From NCBI GenBank assembly GCA_903881545.1, contig CAIRTQ010000007.1:8417-72416 (forward strand): a stretch of DNA of 64,000 bases. Reading direction: 5' to 3'. How positions within the stretch are numbered: position 1 is the first letter of the stretch; every line of letters begins with the position of its first letter. The notes below the pieces were generated by a model, which saw nothing but the letters and a program-made list of their open reading frames with translations, searched no databases and was not told where the DNA came from. Positions 19,134 to 29,259 of this stretch are shown here, piece after piece. The position numbers and the translations under genes are program-made. Source of the stretch: an uncultured Elusimicrobia bacterium. GTDB lineage: Bacteria; Elusimicrobiota; Elusimicrobia; UBA1565; UBA9628.

Positions 19134-20665
19134 CGCCGGCCGAAGCGCCGCGGTCGGAGAGCGGCCTTCACCTCGACGACTTCTCGCTGGCCAAGGCGCC
19201 GGCGCGCAAGCAGTCGGCCTCCGACCGGTGGCTGAAGTACCTGGGCGTGCCGGCCGCCGCCCTGGCGCTCATCGCCCTGCTGCTGATGCCCACCCCGGCC
19301 GGCCTCACCCTGTGCGGCCAGAAGGCGCTGGCGCTTTTCATCATGGCTTTGATCCTGTGGGTGGCCGAGCCGGTGCCCAACTACGTGGCTTCCTTGCTGC
19401 TCATGGTGATGCTGGTCACCATGGGCGTGTGGGAAGAGCGCAAGGTCCTGGGCGTGCTGGGGCTCGACGTGATTTGGCTCAATGTCACCGCCTTCGTGCT
19501 AAGTTCGGTGCTGGTCAAGACCAACCTCGCCAAGCGTCTGGCCCTGCAGATGGCGGTGAAGTTCGGGCGCAAAGCCATGCCGGTTCTGCTGGCTTTCGTG
19601 GCCCTGCAGCTGGGGCTGGCCGCGCTGGTGCCGGCCACGGCGGCGCGCTCGGTAATGACTCTGCCCATCATCATGATCGTGGCTGCGGTGTACGGCTCCA
19701 CGGTCAAGAACCCGAATAATTTCGGTAAGAACCTGGCCTTGCTCAACATCCAGGGGATCAATATTTTCTCTTCCGGCTTTCTCACGGGCAGCACCTGCAA
19801 CATCATGGCCGTAGCCTTTATCCTGCGGATGACCGCGCACAAGGTGTACTACTCCGAATGGCTGCTAGGCGCCCTGCCGGTGGTGACGGGCGCCATGCTG
19901 CTGTCGTGGTGGCTGGGCCCGCGGCTCTTCTTCCGGCTGGCCCCGGAGCAGGAGCGGCCTTCGGTGCCGGGCGGCATGGAGACCCTCACCGCCGAGCTGG
20001 GCAAGATGGGCGCGGTCACGCGCGCGGAGTGGCACGGCGCGCTGATCTTCGGGCTGGTGCTGCTACTGTGGGTTACTGACAGGTACCACAAGGCGCTCTT
20101 TGGTTTCGAGATTAGCCCCGTGATGGCGGCGCTCATCGGCTGCGTGATCGCGCTTTGCCCCCGCATCGGCCTGCTGAAGTGGAACGACGCCGACATCCCC
20201 TGGCACCTGCTCATCTTCAGCACCGGCGCCTACGCCGGCGGCCTGGCCCTTTCTGAGACGGGCGCGGCGCAATGGCTGGTGGATGCCGTCTTCGACCTGT
20301 TCTCCATCAAACCCGGCATCAGCTTCTGGGCGCTTTACTGCATCGTGATGGCGGTCAGCATGTTCTCGCACATCGTTTTCACCAGCAAGACCATCCGGAC
20401 CATCATCCTCATTCCCATGATCATCGCCATCGCCAACCGCCTGGGCTTCAACCCGGTGGCGCTGGCGCTGCCGGCGGCGTTCACCCTGAGCTGGGTGGTC
20501 ACCTTGCCCATCAGCGGCAAGCCCAACGTGCTGTTCTACGGCACTAACCAGTACAGCATATGCGACCATCTGGTTTCGGGCCTGGCCGTCTGCGCAATGG
20601 GCACGGCGTTGCTCATCCTGGCGGGGTTCACGCTCTACCGGGCCATGGGGATCGTGCCTTACTGA
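19127..20665 (+). CDS. SLC13/DASS-family anion permease
   Basis: 512 aa, polytopic, with the duplicated hairpin-type architecture typical of SLC13/CitT-like transporters. Overlaps the CYTH gene end by 7 nt. Confidence 0.8.
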   Translation: MVTPAEAPRSESGLHLDDFSLAKAPARKQSASDRWLKYLGVPAAALALIALLLMPTPAGLTLCGQKALALFIMALILWVAEPVPNYVASLLLMVMLVTMGVWEERKVLGVLGLDVIWLNVTAFVLSSVLVKTNLAKRLALQMAVKFGRKAMPVLLAFVALQLGLAALVPATAARSVMTLPIIMIVAAVYGSTVKNPNNFGKNLALLNIQGINIFSSGFLTGSTCNIMAVAFILRMTAHKVYYSEWLLGALPVVTGAMLLSWWLGPRLFFRLAPEQERPSVPGGMETLTAELGKMGAVTRAEWHGALIFGLVLLLWVTDRYHKALFGFEISPVMAALIGCVIALCPRIGLLKWNDADIPWHLLIFSTGAYAGGLALSETGAAQWLVDAVFDLFSIKPGISFWALYCIVMAVSMFSHIVFTSKTIRTIILIPMIIAIANRLGFNPVALALPAAFTLSWVVTLPISGKPNVLFYGTNQYSICDHLVSGLAVCAMGTALLILAGFTLYRAMGIVPY

Positions 20666-20669
20666 TTCT

Positions 20670-21386
20670 ATGAGAGTACCGTTGAAGATCATTCTTCTGA
20701 TGGCCGCGCTGTCCTGCGCTTGGCCCTGCGCCGGGGCGGCGCCGGTTGGTTTCACATCGGCCCACGAGACCGTGGCCATCCAGGCCGACGGCTCGGCGCG
20801 CGTGCGCTCGGAGCTGTCCTGGAAGGAGCGCGACAGCGGGTCGTTGCTCCTGCCCTTCAATTATACGGCGGCGGAAAACTTGCGGGTCACGCAGGGGGAA
20901 AAGGGCGCCGTGGTCGCGGCGCGGCTGGAGCAGGTGGAGGGGATGACCTATCTGCGGGTCGCGGCGGCGCGGCGCGCCGCGACAGTGGCCGCCGAGTTCA
21001 TCGTGCCGCGATACCTGGATTGGAACAAGGCGGGGCCGGGCGAATACGGCTATTACAGATGGAAGAGCGTGTACCGCAATAACATGCGCCGGCCTATCGA
21101 TTCCGTGACGCTGGAAATCGTCCTGCCGCCGGGATTCATCGCCGCCGGTTTCGGAAGGAGCGTGCCCTCCCCGGCCGCCGAAGAAGCCCTGCCTCCCTAC
21201 TGGGTGAAGAACGTCGACGGCGCCTCGCATCTGTTCATGAAAGCCGGGGATCTCGCGCTGGGCCGGGCCTGCTCGTTGGAGTATTCTTTCGTCCGGCGCG
21301 GGCGTTCGCCCTGGCTGCCGTTGGCCGCAGCCCTGGCCGCGCTATTGTGGCTGTTCTTTTGCCGCGACCTCATTTTCATAAAGTAG
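20670..21386 (+). CDS. Exported protein with C-terminal membrane anchor, unknown function
   Basis: Signal peptide (IILLMAALSCAWPCAGA) and a C-terminal TM helix (WLPLAAALAALLWLFF). Confidence 0.6.
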   Translation: MRVPLKIILLMAALSCAWPCAGAAPVGFTSAHETVAIQADGSARVRSELSWKERDSGSLLLPFNYTAAENLRVTQGEKGAVVAARLEQVEGMTYLRVAAARRAATVAAEFIVPRYLDWNKAGPGEYGYYRWKSVYRNNMRRPIDSVTLEIVLPPGFIAAGFGRSVPSPAAEEALPPYWVKNVDGASHLFMKAGDLALGRACSLEYSFVRRGRSPWLPLAAALAALLWLFFCRDLIFIK

Positions 21387-21396
21387 CTTCACCGCC

Positions 21397-21425
21397 TTGT
21401 GAGCGGCGTCTGCTTTCGCTACAAT
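21397..21425 (+). promoter_or_regulatory. Promoter TTGTGA-N17-TACAAT
   Basis: -35 at 21397-21402, -10 at 21420-21425, upstream of the 21430/21469 gene. Confidence 0.45.
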
Positions 21426-21429
21426 CTTA

Positions 21430-23022
21430 ATGCGGTCCTGCCGGGACGTCTCCGAAGGTCGCCCTCCCATGCGCGACGAGACCCACGAGCTGCTTGATTC
21501 GAAGATCACGCTGCATGACAAGCACCGCTTCGAGATCAAGCTTGACATAGAGCTTGCGCCCCGGCGCAAGAACGTCTACCGGGTCGATACCTATTTCTTC
21601 GTGCCCCGGGCGCTCAACATCAATCCGGGCACCTACACCAAGAGCGATTTCTACAACAGCGCGCAGAAGTATATCCGTTTCCGGACCCCGCACATGTCGC
21701 TGGCGATGCTGGCCGACTCGGCCAACCGGCTCTCGCCCCTGCACGGGGCACATCGCAAGTTGCTCCCGATCCTGACGGGCCAGCAGCTTGAGGGTCAGGT
21801 GCTGGCCGTGCTGGAGGAGATGAAGCTGATGGCCGCCATCGCGCGCGGCGCCATGCGCGATTCCGCGCGTTACATCCTCGTCGAGCTCGAACGGATCCGC
21901 AAGACCCCGGCCGGCAACAGCACACTCCTGGCGGCCGTGCAGGATAAGGGCGTGGAAGTCTTGGGCGAGGCTAAGGGCCTCATTGCGGCGATGCGCACCC
22001 TGCGGGGGCAGATCGACAGCCCGGTCGTGCCGACCAAGCTGCGCGAGGCTTTCCATTTCTGCGATGAGTACATGAGCATCATGCTGGAGGATTATCTTAC
22101 GGCCCTGCTTGACGGCGTGCGGGAGAGCGCCGAAGTCCGGGCCAAGCTCTCCACTCTCGACACGGAACTGACCCAGCTCATCCTGGCGCAGCGGGGCTAT
22201 CGCCGGGCCATGGGCTACCCTTCCGTGGTGCGCCACCGGGGCGTCAACGAGGTGCTGGTCTATCGCCGCAGCGTGCTCAAGAAGTTCGTCTCCAGCGTGC
22301 TGTATCTGCGGCTGGAGATCTCGGAATGGGAGGGCTGGAAGCAGTTCCTCTACGCCGTGGCGGCGGCGGTGGCCATGCTGTTCGCGGCGACCACGATCAT
22401 CTTCGCCCAGACCCGCTACGCCAATACGAGTCTGCCGTTCGTCATCATCGCGGTGGTAAGCTACAGCTTCAAGGACCGGATCAAGGACTGGATGAAGCTG
22501 ATCTTCTCCAAGGGCATGACGCGGTGGCTGGCGGACCGGAAAGCCGACATCTACGACCCGTTGACCAGCGCCAAGATCGGTTTTTATAAAGAGGCGTTCA
22601 GTTTCATCCCGGCGGACCAGGTGCCGCCGGAGGTGCAGAGTCGGCGCAACATCGACAATTTTACCTCGATCGAGGGCGAGGGCAAGCCAGAGCGCGTGAT
22701 GAAGTATGAGAAGGAGATCACGCTGTTCCCGGGCCCGATCTTCAAGGTCCACGAGCGGCGCAAGAGCCTTAACGACATCATGCGCTTCTCGATCGACGAT
22801 TTCTTGCGCCAGGCGGACGACCCGAAGGTGGACTACCTGCACCTCAGCGACGAGGGCGACCGGCTGGAGACCCTGCACTGCTCAAGGGTCTATCACGTCA
22901 ACATGATCGTGCGCTATACCTCCCATGATTCGGGGGGGATACTGCAGGTGAGTTACGAGCGCATACGGATCGTCTTTAATCACGACGGGATCATCAGGCT
23001 GGAAGAAGTGGCGGTGGCATAG
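21430..23022 (+). CDS. Membrane protein of unknown function (two central TM helices)
   Basis: 530-aa ORF. A TTGTGA-N17-TACAAT promoter ends 4 nt before the ATG at 21430, so ATG 21469 (MRDETHELL, GAAGG RBS) may be the real start. Confidence 0.65.
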   Translation: MRSCRDVSEGRPPMRDETHELLDSKITLHDKHRFEIKLDIELAPRRKNVYRVDTYFFVPRALNINPGTYTKSDFYNSAQKYIRFRTPHMSLAMLADSANRLSPLHGAHRKLLPILTGQQLEGQVLAVLEEMKLMAAIARGAMRDSARYILVELERIRKTPAGNSTLLAAVQDKGVEVLGEAKGLIAAMRTLRGQIDSPVVPTKLREAFHFCDEYMSIMLEDYLTALLDGVRESAEVRAKLSTLDTELTQLILAQRGYRRAMGYPSVVRHRGVNEVLVYRRSVLKKFVSSVLYLRLEISEWEGWKQFLYAVAAAVAMLFAATTIIFAQTRYANTSLPFVIIAVVSYSFKDRIKDWMKLIFSKGMTRWLADRKADIYDPLTSAKIGFYKEAFSFIPADQVPPEVQSRRNIDNFTSIEGEGKPERVMKYEKEITLFPGPIFKVHERRKSLNDIMRFSIDDFLRQADDPKVDYLHLSDEGDRLETLHCSRVYHVNMIVRYTSHDSGGILQVSYERIRIVFNHDGIIRLEEVAVA

Positions 23023-23074
23023 AAGCCATTCCTGCACTGCCAAAAGCGCCTGACTGCCTGCGACGGGATCTCGC

Positions 23075-24388
23075 CTAGTAGCGGTAGTTCTCGGCCTTGA
23101 ACGGCCCTTCCGGATTGATGCCGAGATAATCCGCTTGAGCCTTGCTCAGCCGTGTGAGCTTGACGCCCAGCTTGGCCAGATGTAGGCGAGCCACTTTCTC
23201 ATCCAACAGCTTGGGCAGGACATAAACCTCATTTTTATACTTGCCCTTGCCCCGGCTGGCCCACAGTTCGATCTGGGCCATGGTCTGGTTGGTGAAAGAA
23301 GCGCTCATCACGAAGCTCGGGTGCCCCGACGCGCAACCCAGGTTCACCAGCCGCCCCTCCGCCAGCACCGTCACCACCTTGCCGTTCGGCCAGACGAACT
23401 GGTCTACCTGAGGCTTCACGTTGATCTTCTTGATCTTCGCGTCGTTGGCGATAGAGGCCACGTCGATCTCCAGGTCGAAGTGCCCGATGTTGCACACAAT
23501 CGCCTGGCTCTTCATCGCGTCAAGATGCTGGCGCATGATGATGTCCCGGCAGCCGGTCGCGGTGATGAAGATATCCCCCACGGCCGCGGCCTCGTCCATG
23601 GTCACCACCTGGTAGCCCTCCATGGCGGCCTGCAAGGCCGTGATTGGGTCGATCTCGGTCACCAGCACCCGCGCGCCCATGCCCCGCAAAGACTGGCAGC
23701 AGCCCTTGCCCACATCGCCATAGCCCGCAACCACGCAGGTCTTGCCCGCAATCATCACGTCCGTGGCGCGCTTGATGCCGTCGAGCAATGACTCGCGGCA
23801 GCCGTAGAGGTTATCAAACTTGCTCTTGGTGCAGGAATCATTGACGTTGATGGCCGGACACTTCAAGGTGCCGGCGGCCTGGCGCTGGTAGAGCCGGTGT
23901 ACGCCCGTGGTCGTCTCCTCGGAGAGGCCCACCACGTCCTTGAGAAGTTCGGGCCGCAGGTCGTGGACCATGTTGGTCAGGTCGCCGCCGTCGTCGAGCA
24001 GCAAGGTCGGACCCTTGCCATCCGGCCAGAGCAAGGATTGCTCGATGCACCAGTCGTATTCCTTCAAAGACTCGCCCTTCCAGGCGAAAACGGGGGTTCC
24101 GGCCTTGGCCACGGCGGCCGCGGCATGGTCCTGGGTGGAGAAGATGTTGCAGGAGCTCCAGCGCACCGAGGCGCCGAGCTTGGCCAAGGTCTCGATCAAG
24201 ACCGCGGTCTCGATGGTCATGTGCAGGCAGCCCGCGATGCGGGCGCCGGCCAAGGGCTGCTTGGCGGCGTATTCCTCGCGCAGGGCCATGAGGCCCGGCA
24301 TCTCGGCTTCCGCGATGGTCACTTCCTTGCGGCCCCAGTCGGCGAGGCTGATATCTTTGACTTTATAATCCATGGTGGTCGTGTTCAT
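23075..24388 (-). CDS. ahcY: Adenosylhomocysteinase
   Basis: 437 aa, [16 protein letters not shown]..., NAD-binding [17 protein letters not shown] (24424-24419, minus strand) and a GGAGAAAGGGG RBS lie upstream. Confidence 0.97.
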   Translation of the reverse strand: MNTTTMDYKVKDISLADWGRKEVTIAEAEMPGLMALREEYAAKQPLAGARIAGCLHMTIETAVLIETLAKLGASVRWSSCNIFSTQDHAAAAVAKAGTPVFAWKGESLKEYDWCIEQSLLWPDGKGPTLLLDDGGDLTNMVHDLRPELLKDVVGLSEETTTGVHRLYQRQAAGTLKCPAINVNDSCTKSKFDNLYGCRESLLDGIKRATDVMIAGKTCVVAGYGDVGKGCCQSLRGMGARVLVTEIDPITALQAAMEGYQVVTMDEAAAVGDIFITATGCRDIIMRQHLDAMKSQAIVCNIGHFDLEIDVASIANDAKIKKINVKPQVDQFVWPNGKVVTVLAEGRLVNLGCASGHPSFVMSASFTNQTMAQIELWASRGKGKYKNEVYVLPKLLDEKVARLHLAKLGVKLTRLSKAQADYLGINPEGPFKAENYRY

Positions 24389-24450
24389 TGTCCCCTTTCT
24401 CCGTCGTGATATTCAGGAATTATAGCTTAATTTGTTATCATCACATCAAT

Positions 24451-25515
24451 ATGCTCTCTCACGAGATTTTCGGCAACACCGCCGCCGCCCACCTGCTGGC
24501 CTTGGGCATTTTTGCGGTCGTCCTTTGGGGCGTCATCCTGGCGCGACGCCTGGGGGCGGCCCGCCTACATCAATTGGCCTTGCGTACCGGCGATGGTGTG
24601 GAGACGCTTTTTGGCAAACTCCTAGACCGCGTGCGCATGCCCGAGGTCGCCTTGGTCGCCTTGTACCTGGCCACCCGGCACCTCCACATGGCGCATCACC
24701 TCAACCGGCTCATTTACGCGGCCGCTTTGGCCGCGGTGGTTTATCGGGCCGTGACCTTGCTCCAGGTCGTCGCGGACTTCGCGCTGCGCAAGGCCTTGTC
24801 CGACAATAGCCGCCCTTCCGCGGATGACGAGGGCAAGGCGAAAGGGCTTTCCTATTTAGTTGGTTTCCTCCTGTGGATATTGGCCGTCCTTTTCGTCTTG
24901 AGCAATCTAGGATTCAACGTCACTTCCATGCTTGCCGGCCTGGGCATCGGCGGCGTAGCCGTGGCCTTGGCCGCCCAGGCCGTGCTGGGAGATTTTTTCA
25001 GCGCGCTGGCCATCTATTTGGACCGGCCTTTCGTCTTGGGTGATTTTATCGTGGCCGACGATATGCAGGGCACGGTGGAGGCCATCGGCATCAAGACCAC
25101 GCGGTTGCGCGCCTTGTCCGGAGAGATGCTGGTCATCCCGAATTCCAAGCTGACCTCGACCAAGATCCAGAACTTCCGGCACCTGCGCGAGCGGCGCATC
25201 GTGATCATCGTGGGTGTGCCGTACCAGACCTCGGCGGAGCAGGTCAAGAAGATACCGGAGCTCCTGCGTTCGGCGGTGGCGGCCTCGGCCAAGGCCCGCT
25301 TCGACCGGGCGCATCTGAAGGCATTCGAGCCGTCCGGATTCTCCTTCGAGCTGGTGTACTATGTCTTGGACCCGGTCTACGCGGTGTTCATGGATGTCAA
25401 CCAAGCCATCCACCTGGCCATTCTGGACGCTTTCCGCAAGGAAGGCATCTCCTTCGCGATGCCGGCCACCGTGTTCCATCAGGCGCCCGGCGTGGGCGCA
25501 CCCCAGCTTTGGTAA
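24451..25515 (+). CDS. MscS-family mechanosensitive channel
   Basis: TM3-beta domain signature (GLGIGGVAVALAAQAVLGDFFSALAIYLDRPFVLGDFI). ATG 24451 follows TGtTATCAT by 9 nt. Confidence 0.85.
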   Translation: MLSHEIFGNTAAAHLLALGIFAVVLWGVILARRLGAARLHQLALRTGDGVETLFGKLLDRVRMPEVALVALYLATRHLHMAHHLNRLIYAAALAAVVYRAVTLLQVVADFALRKALSDNSRPSADDEGKAKGLSYLVGFLLWILAVLFVLSNLGFNVTSMLAGLGIGGVAVALAAQAVLGDFFSALAIYLDRPFVLGDFIVADDMQGTVEAIGIKTTRLRALSGEMLVIPNSKLTSTKIQNFRHLRERRIVIIVGVPYQTSAEQVKKIPELLRSAVAASAKARFDRAHLKAFEPSGFSFELVYYVLDPVYAVFMDVNQAIHLAILDAFRKEGISFAMPATVFHQAPGVGAPQLW

Positions 25516-26075
25516 GAGAATCCGCCTGCCAGTGCTACCTTCTGGCCGCGGGTCGGGGCCGGCGCGCGGGGGGGGCTAAAGCCTGGCGCGATTGCGACGG
25601 CATGCCCTTGTTAGCTCGTCAGCTTGAGTTCTTGGGCGGCATCCTGCCTTTGGAGCGCGTGGCGGTCTCCATCCAGGCTGATTGGATAGAGCGATGCGGG
25701 TCCTTGTCGCCGCGAGCGCATTGGGTGGTGGTGGACCCTGACGCTCCGGCCTTGGATTCGGTCTTGGCCTTGGCGCGAGCTTTGCCCTTAGATCGTTGGA
25801 CCTACCTCTATCATGTGGACATGAGAGTTTGGGAACCGGGGATTTTTGAGTTATTGGCGCAAGGCATCCCGGCCGCGGAGGCCGTTGGAAATGAAGCTCT
25901 GATCCCGGTCCAAGGTGGCCGAGGGGGGCATCCGGTGCTGCTGTCTCCAGGGCTCAAAACCGCTTTGGCGGCCTTGGACCCGTCACGGGACCGGTTGGAT
26001 GTCTGGCTGCGCTCCCGCCGCGCGGCGCAGGCGCAGGTCCCCTATCCTTGCATCCACGACAATTGGAACACCTGA
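25509..26075 (+). CDS. MobA-like nucleotidyltransferase (NTP_transf_3 type)
   Basis: N-terminal LLAAGRGRRAGGAKAW...GMPLL resembles the MobA/CTP:molybdopterin cytidylyltransferase P-loop. TTG start, uncertain. Confidence 0.5.
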   Translation: MVRESACQCYLLAAGRGRRAGGAKAWRDCDGMPLLARQLEFLGGILPLERVAVSIQADWIERCGSLSPRAHWVVVDPDAPALDSVLALARALPLDRWTYLYHVDMRVWEPGIFELLAQGIPAAEAVGNEALIPVQGGRGGHPVLLSPGLKTALAALDPSRDRLDVWLRSRRAAQAQVPYPCIHDNWNT

Positions 26076-26081
26076 GGCTTT

Positions 26082-27410
26082 ATGATCATATCGCTGAAGA
26101 CTTCTCTCCCTGGCCCTCGTAGCCGAGCCCTTATGGCCGAGCGCCAAGCCGCGGTGGCGCGCGGCTTGTTCCATGTCACACCCATCTTCATCGCCGGCGG
26201 CTGCGGCGCCGTTATCGAGGACGTGGACGGCAACCGGCTCATTGATTTTGCGGCCGGCCTCGCGGTTCTCAACGTCGGCCATCTCGCCCCAGAAGTGGCC
26301 GAGGCCGTGCGCGGCCAATCCGAAAAGTTCCTGCACGCCTGCTTCCATGTCACTCCTTACGAGGGCTATGTCCGGCTTTGCGCGGCTTTGAACCGCTTGG
26401 CGCCCGGCGGCTTTCCCAAGAAGTCCTTCCTCGCCAACAGCGGAGCCGAGGCCGTGGAGAACGCGGTCAAGATCGCCCGCGCTTACACCGGCCGGCCTGG
26501 TGTGGTCTGCTTCGAGCACGCGTTCCACGGCCGTACCTACATGGCCATGACCATGACCGCCAAGGAAAAGCCTTATAAGATAGGCTTCGCCCCTTTCAAT
26601 CCGGGCGTCTACCGCGCGCCCTTTCCCTACTGCTACCGCTGGCCCACGGGCCAGGACCCGCTGCGGGTCTCGCGGGAGTGCTTTGCCGCTTTTGAGCGCC
26701 TGCTACGCGAGGAAATCAAGCCCGATCAGGTCGCGGCCGTCATCATCGAGCCGGTCCTGGGAGAAGGCGGCTTCGTGCCGGCGCCGGCGGAATTCTTGCG
26801 TCTGCTGCGCACCTTCTGCGGAGAGAACGGCATCGTCTTCATCGCCGACGAGGTCCAGACCGGCTTCGGCCGCACCGGCGGGCTTTTCGCCTGCTCGGAG
26901 CTCGGCATCGTGCCCGACCTTATGACCCTGGCTAAGGGTTTGGGCGGCGGCATGCCCATCTCGGCCGTGGTCGGCCGTGCCGAGATTATGGACGCGCCCA
27001 TGGCCGGCGGCATCGGCGGCACCTTCGGCGGCAATCCCGTCTCCTGCGCCGCGGCGTTGGCGGTCATCGATCTGTTCGAAAGCGGCGGGCTCCTGGGCCG
27101 CGCCCGCGCGTTGGCGGACAAACTGCCGGCTAGGCTTGCCGCCCTGAGGCGCTTTGCCAAGGTCGGAGACATACGGGGCCTGGGCGCCATGCAGGCCCTG
27201 GAGCTGGTCTTTGACCAGGCCGGCAAGGAGCCGGACCCGGAGACCACGGTCAAGCTCATCCGGCATTGCTACGAGCGCGGCCTTATCCTCATGAGCGCCG
27301 GCACCTACGGCAACGTCGTCCGCCTGCTCATGCCATTGGGCATCAGCGACGCCGAACTCGACGAGGGTTTGGCGGTGTTGGAAGGTGGGCTCAAGGCTCT
27401 GGCCGCCTAA
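26082..27410 (+). CDS. Class-III PLP aminotransferase (4-aminobutyrate aminotransferase-like)
   Basis: 442 aa. FANSGAEAVENAVKIAR, DEVQTGFGRTG and LAKGLGGGMP (PLP lysine). Confidence 0.88.
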   Translation: MIISLKTSLPGPRSRALMAERQAAVARGLFHVTPIFIAGGCGAVIEDVDGNRLIDFAAGLAVLNVGHLAPEVAEAVRGQSEKFLHACFHVTPYEGYVRLCAALNRLAPGGFPKKSFLANSGAEAVENAVKIARAYTGRPGVVCFEHAFHGRTYMAMTMTAKEKPYKIGFAPFNPGVYRAPFPYCYRWPTGQDPLRVSRECFAAFERLLREEIKPDQVAAVIIEPVLGEGGFVPAPAEFLRLLRTFCGENGIVFIADEVQTGFGRTGGLFACSELGIVPDLMTLAKGLGGGMPISAVVGRAEIMDAPMAGGIGGTFGGNPVSCAAALAVIDLFESGGLLGRARALADKLPARLAALRRFAKVGDIRGLGAMQALELVFDQAGKEPDPETTVKLIRHCYERGLILMSAGTYGNVVRLLMPLGISDAELDEGLAVLEGGLKALAA

Positions 27411-27483
27411 GGCGAGCTTAAACTGCTACAATAGAATCCTCGCTCCGCGCCGTAACCTACCCTCCACGAAGCGCGAACAAACC

Positions 27484-28764
27484 ATGGGCTTCTCCTCTTT
27501 TAATTTCGACCCTCGCATAACCGCCGGCATCCGCGCGCTCGGCTACTCCAAGCCGACGCCCATCCAACTGCAGTCCATGGCGCCCATCCTGCAGGGCCGC
27601 GATGTGATGGGCCTAGCGCAGACCGGCACCGGCAAGACTGCGGCATTCGCCCTGCCCATACTCCAGCGCCTGCTCTCCGGCCCCCGCGGCGCCACGCGCG
27701 CGCTCATACTGGCTCCGACACGCGAGCTGGCTGACCAGATCGAGCAGGCCTTCCGCGAACTCGGCCGGCAGACCGGCCAACGCAGCATGACCGTGTTCGG
27801 CGGCGTCGGCGCCGGGCCCCAGCTCAGCGGCCTGCGCAGCGGCGTCGAGATCGTAGTGGCCTGCCCGGGCCGTCTGCTCGACCATCTACAGCACGGGGCG
27901 TGCAACTTCTCGCGCCTGGAAGTCCTCGTGATCGACGAGGCCGACCGTATGTTCGACATGGGTTTCCTGCCCGACATCCGCCGCATCCTCAAGCATCTGC
28001 CGGCGCGTCGGCAGACCCTGCTTTTCTCCGCCACCATGCCGGACGACATCCGCAAACTCGCGCACGAGATCCTGCGCCAGCCGGTCACCGTGCAGGTCGA
28101 CCATACCGTGCCCCTGGCCACTGTGTCCCACGCGCTCTATCCCGTGGTCGAGCATTTGAAGTCCGCCTTGCTGGCCAAGCTCCTGGAGCAGACCGGCGGC
28201 TCCACCGTGCTGATCTTCACGCGCACCAAGCACCGCGCCAAGCGCCTGGCTGAGCGCCTGCGCGAGGATGGCCAGGACGTCACCAGCCTGCAGGGCAACC
28301 TCTCACAGAACCGGCGCAAGGCCGCGCTGGAGGGCTTCCGGGAGGGCAAGTTCAATATCCTCGTGGCCACCGACATTGCCTCGCGCGGCATCGACATCTC
28401 GCAGATCACGCATGTAATCAATTACGACATGCCCGACACGACCGACGCCTACACCCACCGCATCGGGCGCACCGGCCGCGCCGCCAAGACCGGCGACGCG
28501 TTCACCTTCGTTACCAGCGAGGACGAGCCCATGGTGCGCGACATCGAGCGCGTCCTGCGCTCCCGGCTGGAGCGCCGCAAGGTCGAGGGCTTCGACTATT
28601 CCGCGCGGCAGACCGCCACACCCGCGCGCGCAGCTGGTCATGCGCATCATCACGGATCGCCCACGCCGCATCGGTCAGGGCCGGCCGCTCTGGGCCAGAA
28701 GCCTGCGGGCAGTTTTCCGGGACGCTCCGGCCGGTTCAAGTTCCGTGCGCGCCGCCGTCGCTAA
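27484..28764 (+). CDS. DEAD-box ATP-dependent RNA helicase (RhlE-like)
   Basis: Q motif (GYSKPTPIQ), AQTGTGKT, DEAD, SAT, HRIGRTGRAG-type motif and a basic C-terminal tail. The track start 27385 is an upstream extension. Confidence 0.92.
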   Translation: MGFSSFNFDPRITAGIRALGYSKPTPIQLQSMAPILQGRDVMGLAQTGTGKTAAFALPILQRLLSGPRGATRALILAPTRELADQIEQAFRELGRQTGQRSMTVFGGVGAGPQLSGLRSGVEIVVACPGRLLDHLQHGACNFSRLEVLVIDEADRMFDMGFLPDIRRILKHLPARRQTLLFSATMPDDIRKLAHEILRQPVTVQVDHTVPLATVSHALYPVVEHLKSALLAKLLEQTGGSTVLIFTRTKHRAKRLAERLREDGQDVTSLQGNLSQNRRKAALEGFREGKFNILVATDIASRGIDISQITHVINYDMPDTTDAYTHRIGRTGRAAKTGDAFTFVTSEDEPMVRDIERVLRSRLERRKVEGFDYSARQTATPARAAGHAHHHGSPTPHRSGPAALGQKPAGSFPGRSGRFKFRARRRR

Positions 28765-28778
28765 GGCGCCGCTTCCGG

Positions 28779-29015
28779 TCAGCCAGCTTTTTTGATCGAG
28801 CTGCGGATGTATTTCTTGCTGGCGCCGGTCTCGCCCGCCACTTTGTCGACCAATTCGGATGCGCTTAGGCCGCGGCCTATGGAAAGGCCGTACTTGTTGT
28901 GACTCTGCCAGCGCTTCATGCTGGCCCTAATCACTTGTTGATTTGCGCTGGTCTGCGCGAGCGGGCCGTAAGACGAGGCGGCGCGCTCACGGTCCGGGGT
29001 CTTGCCGGTTTTCAT
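28779..29015 (-). CDS. Small basic protein, unknown function
   Basis: 78 aa, lies 4 nt after the preceding small gene. The C-terminus LSASELVDKVAGETGASKKYIRSSI has a Rho_N/SAP-like helix-loop-helix look (weak). Confidence 0.5.
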   Translation of the reverse strand: MKTGKTPDRERAASSYGPLAQTSANQQVIRASMKRWQSHNKYGLSIGRGLSASELVDKVAGETGASKKYIRSSIKKAG

Positions 29016-29019
29016 GAGC

Positions 29020-29259
29020 TCACTTCCGGCGCCCGCGCGCCGGATCTTCGGACGAGCCCTTGCTGCCTCGGAATATCGTCACCTGCTTCTTGTGCTGTAG
29101 CTGGGTATAGAGTTCGCAGAGGAGGTCTCCCAGGACGTCGAGGCGCCCCAGTTCCGCCTCGGCCGCGGCCGTGGAAAGTCTTTTGACCATGCGGATCTGG
29201 TCTTGGATGTCCGAAAGGCCCACGACGATGCGCTGGTGCGGTCCTTGGGGTTCGCTCAT
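29020..29259 (-). CDS. Small protein, unknown function
   Basis: 79 aa with its own TGgTATACT box (29300-29292, minus strand) and a CAGGAGG RBS 8 nt before the ATG. Confidence 0.55.
   Translation of the reverse strand: MSEPQGPHQRIVVGLSDIQDQIRMVKRLSTAAAEAELGRLDVLGDLLCELYTQLQHKKQVTIFRGSKGSSEDPARGRRK

Noticed and set aside
24389-24450. Possible SAH riboswitch upstream of ahcY.
   Set aside because: Only about 35 nt separate the TATAAT box from the ATG, and the AT-rich sequence has no H-type pseudoknot-like GC helices. It is too short for an SAH element.
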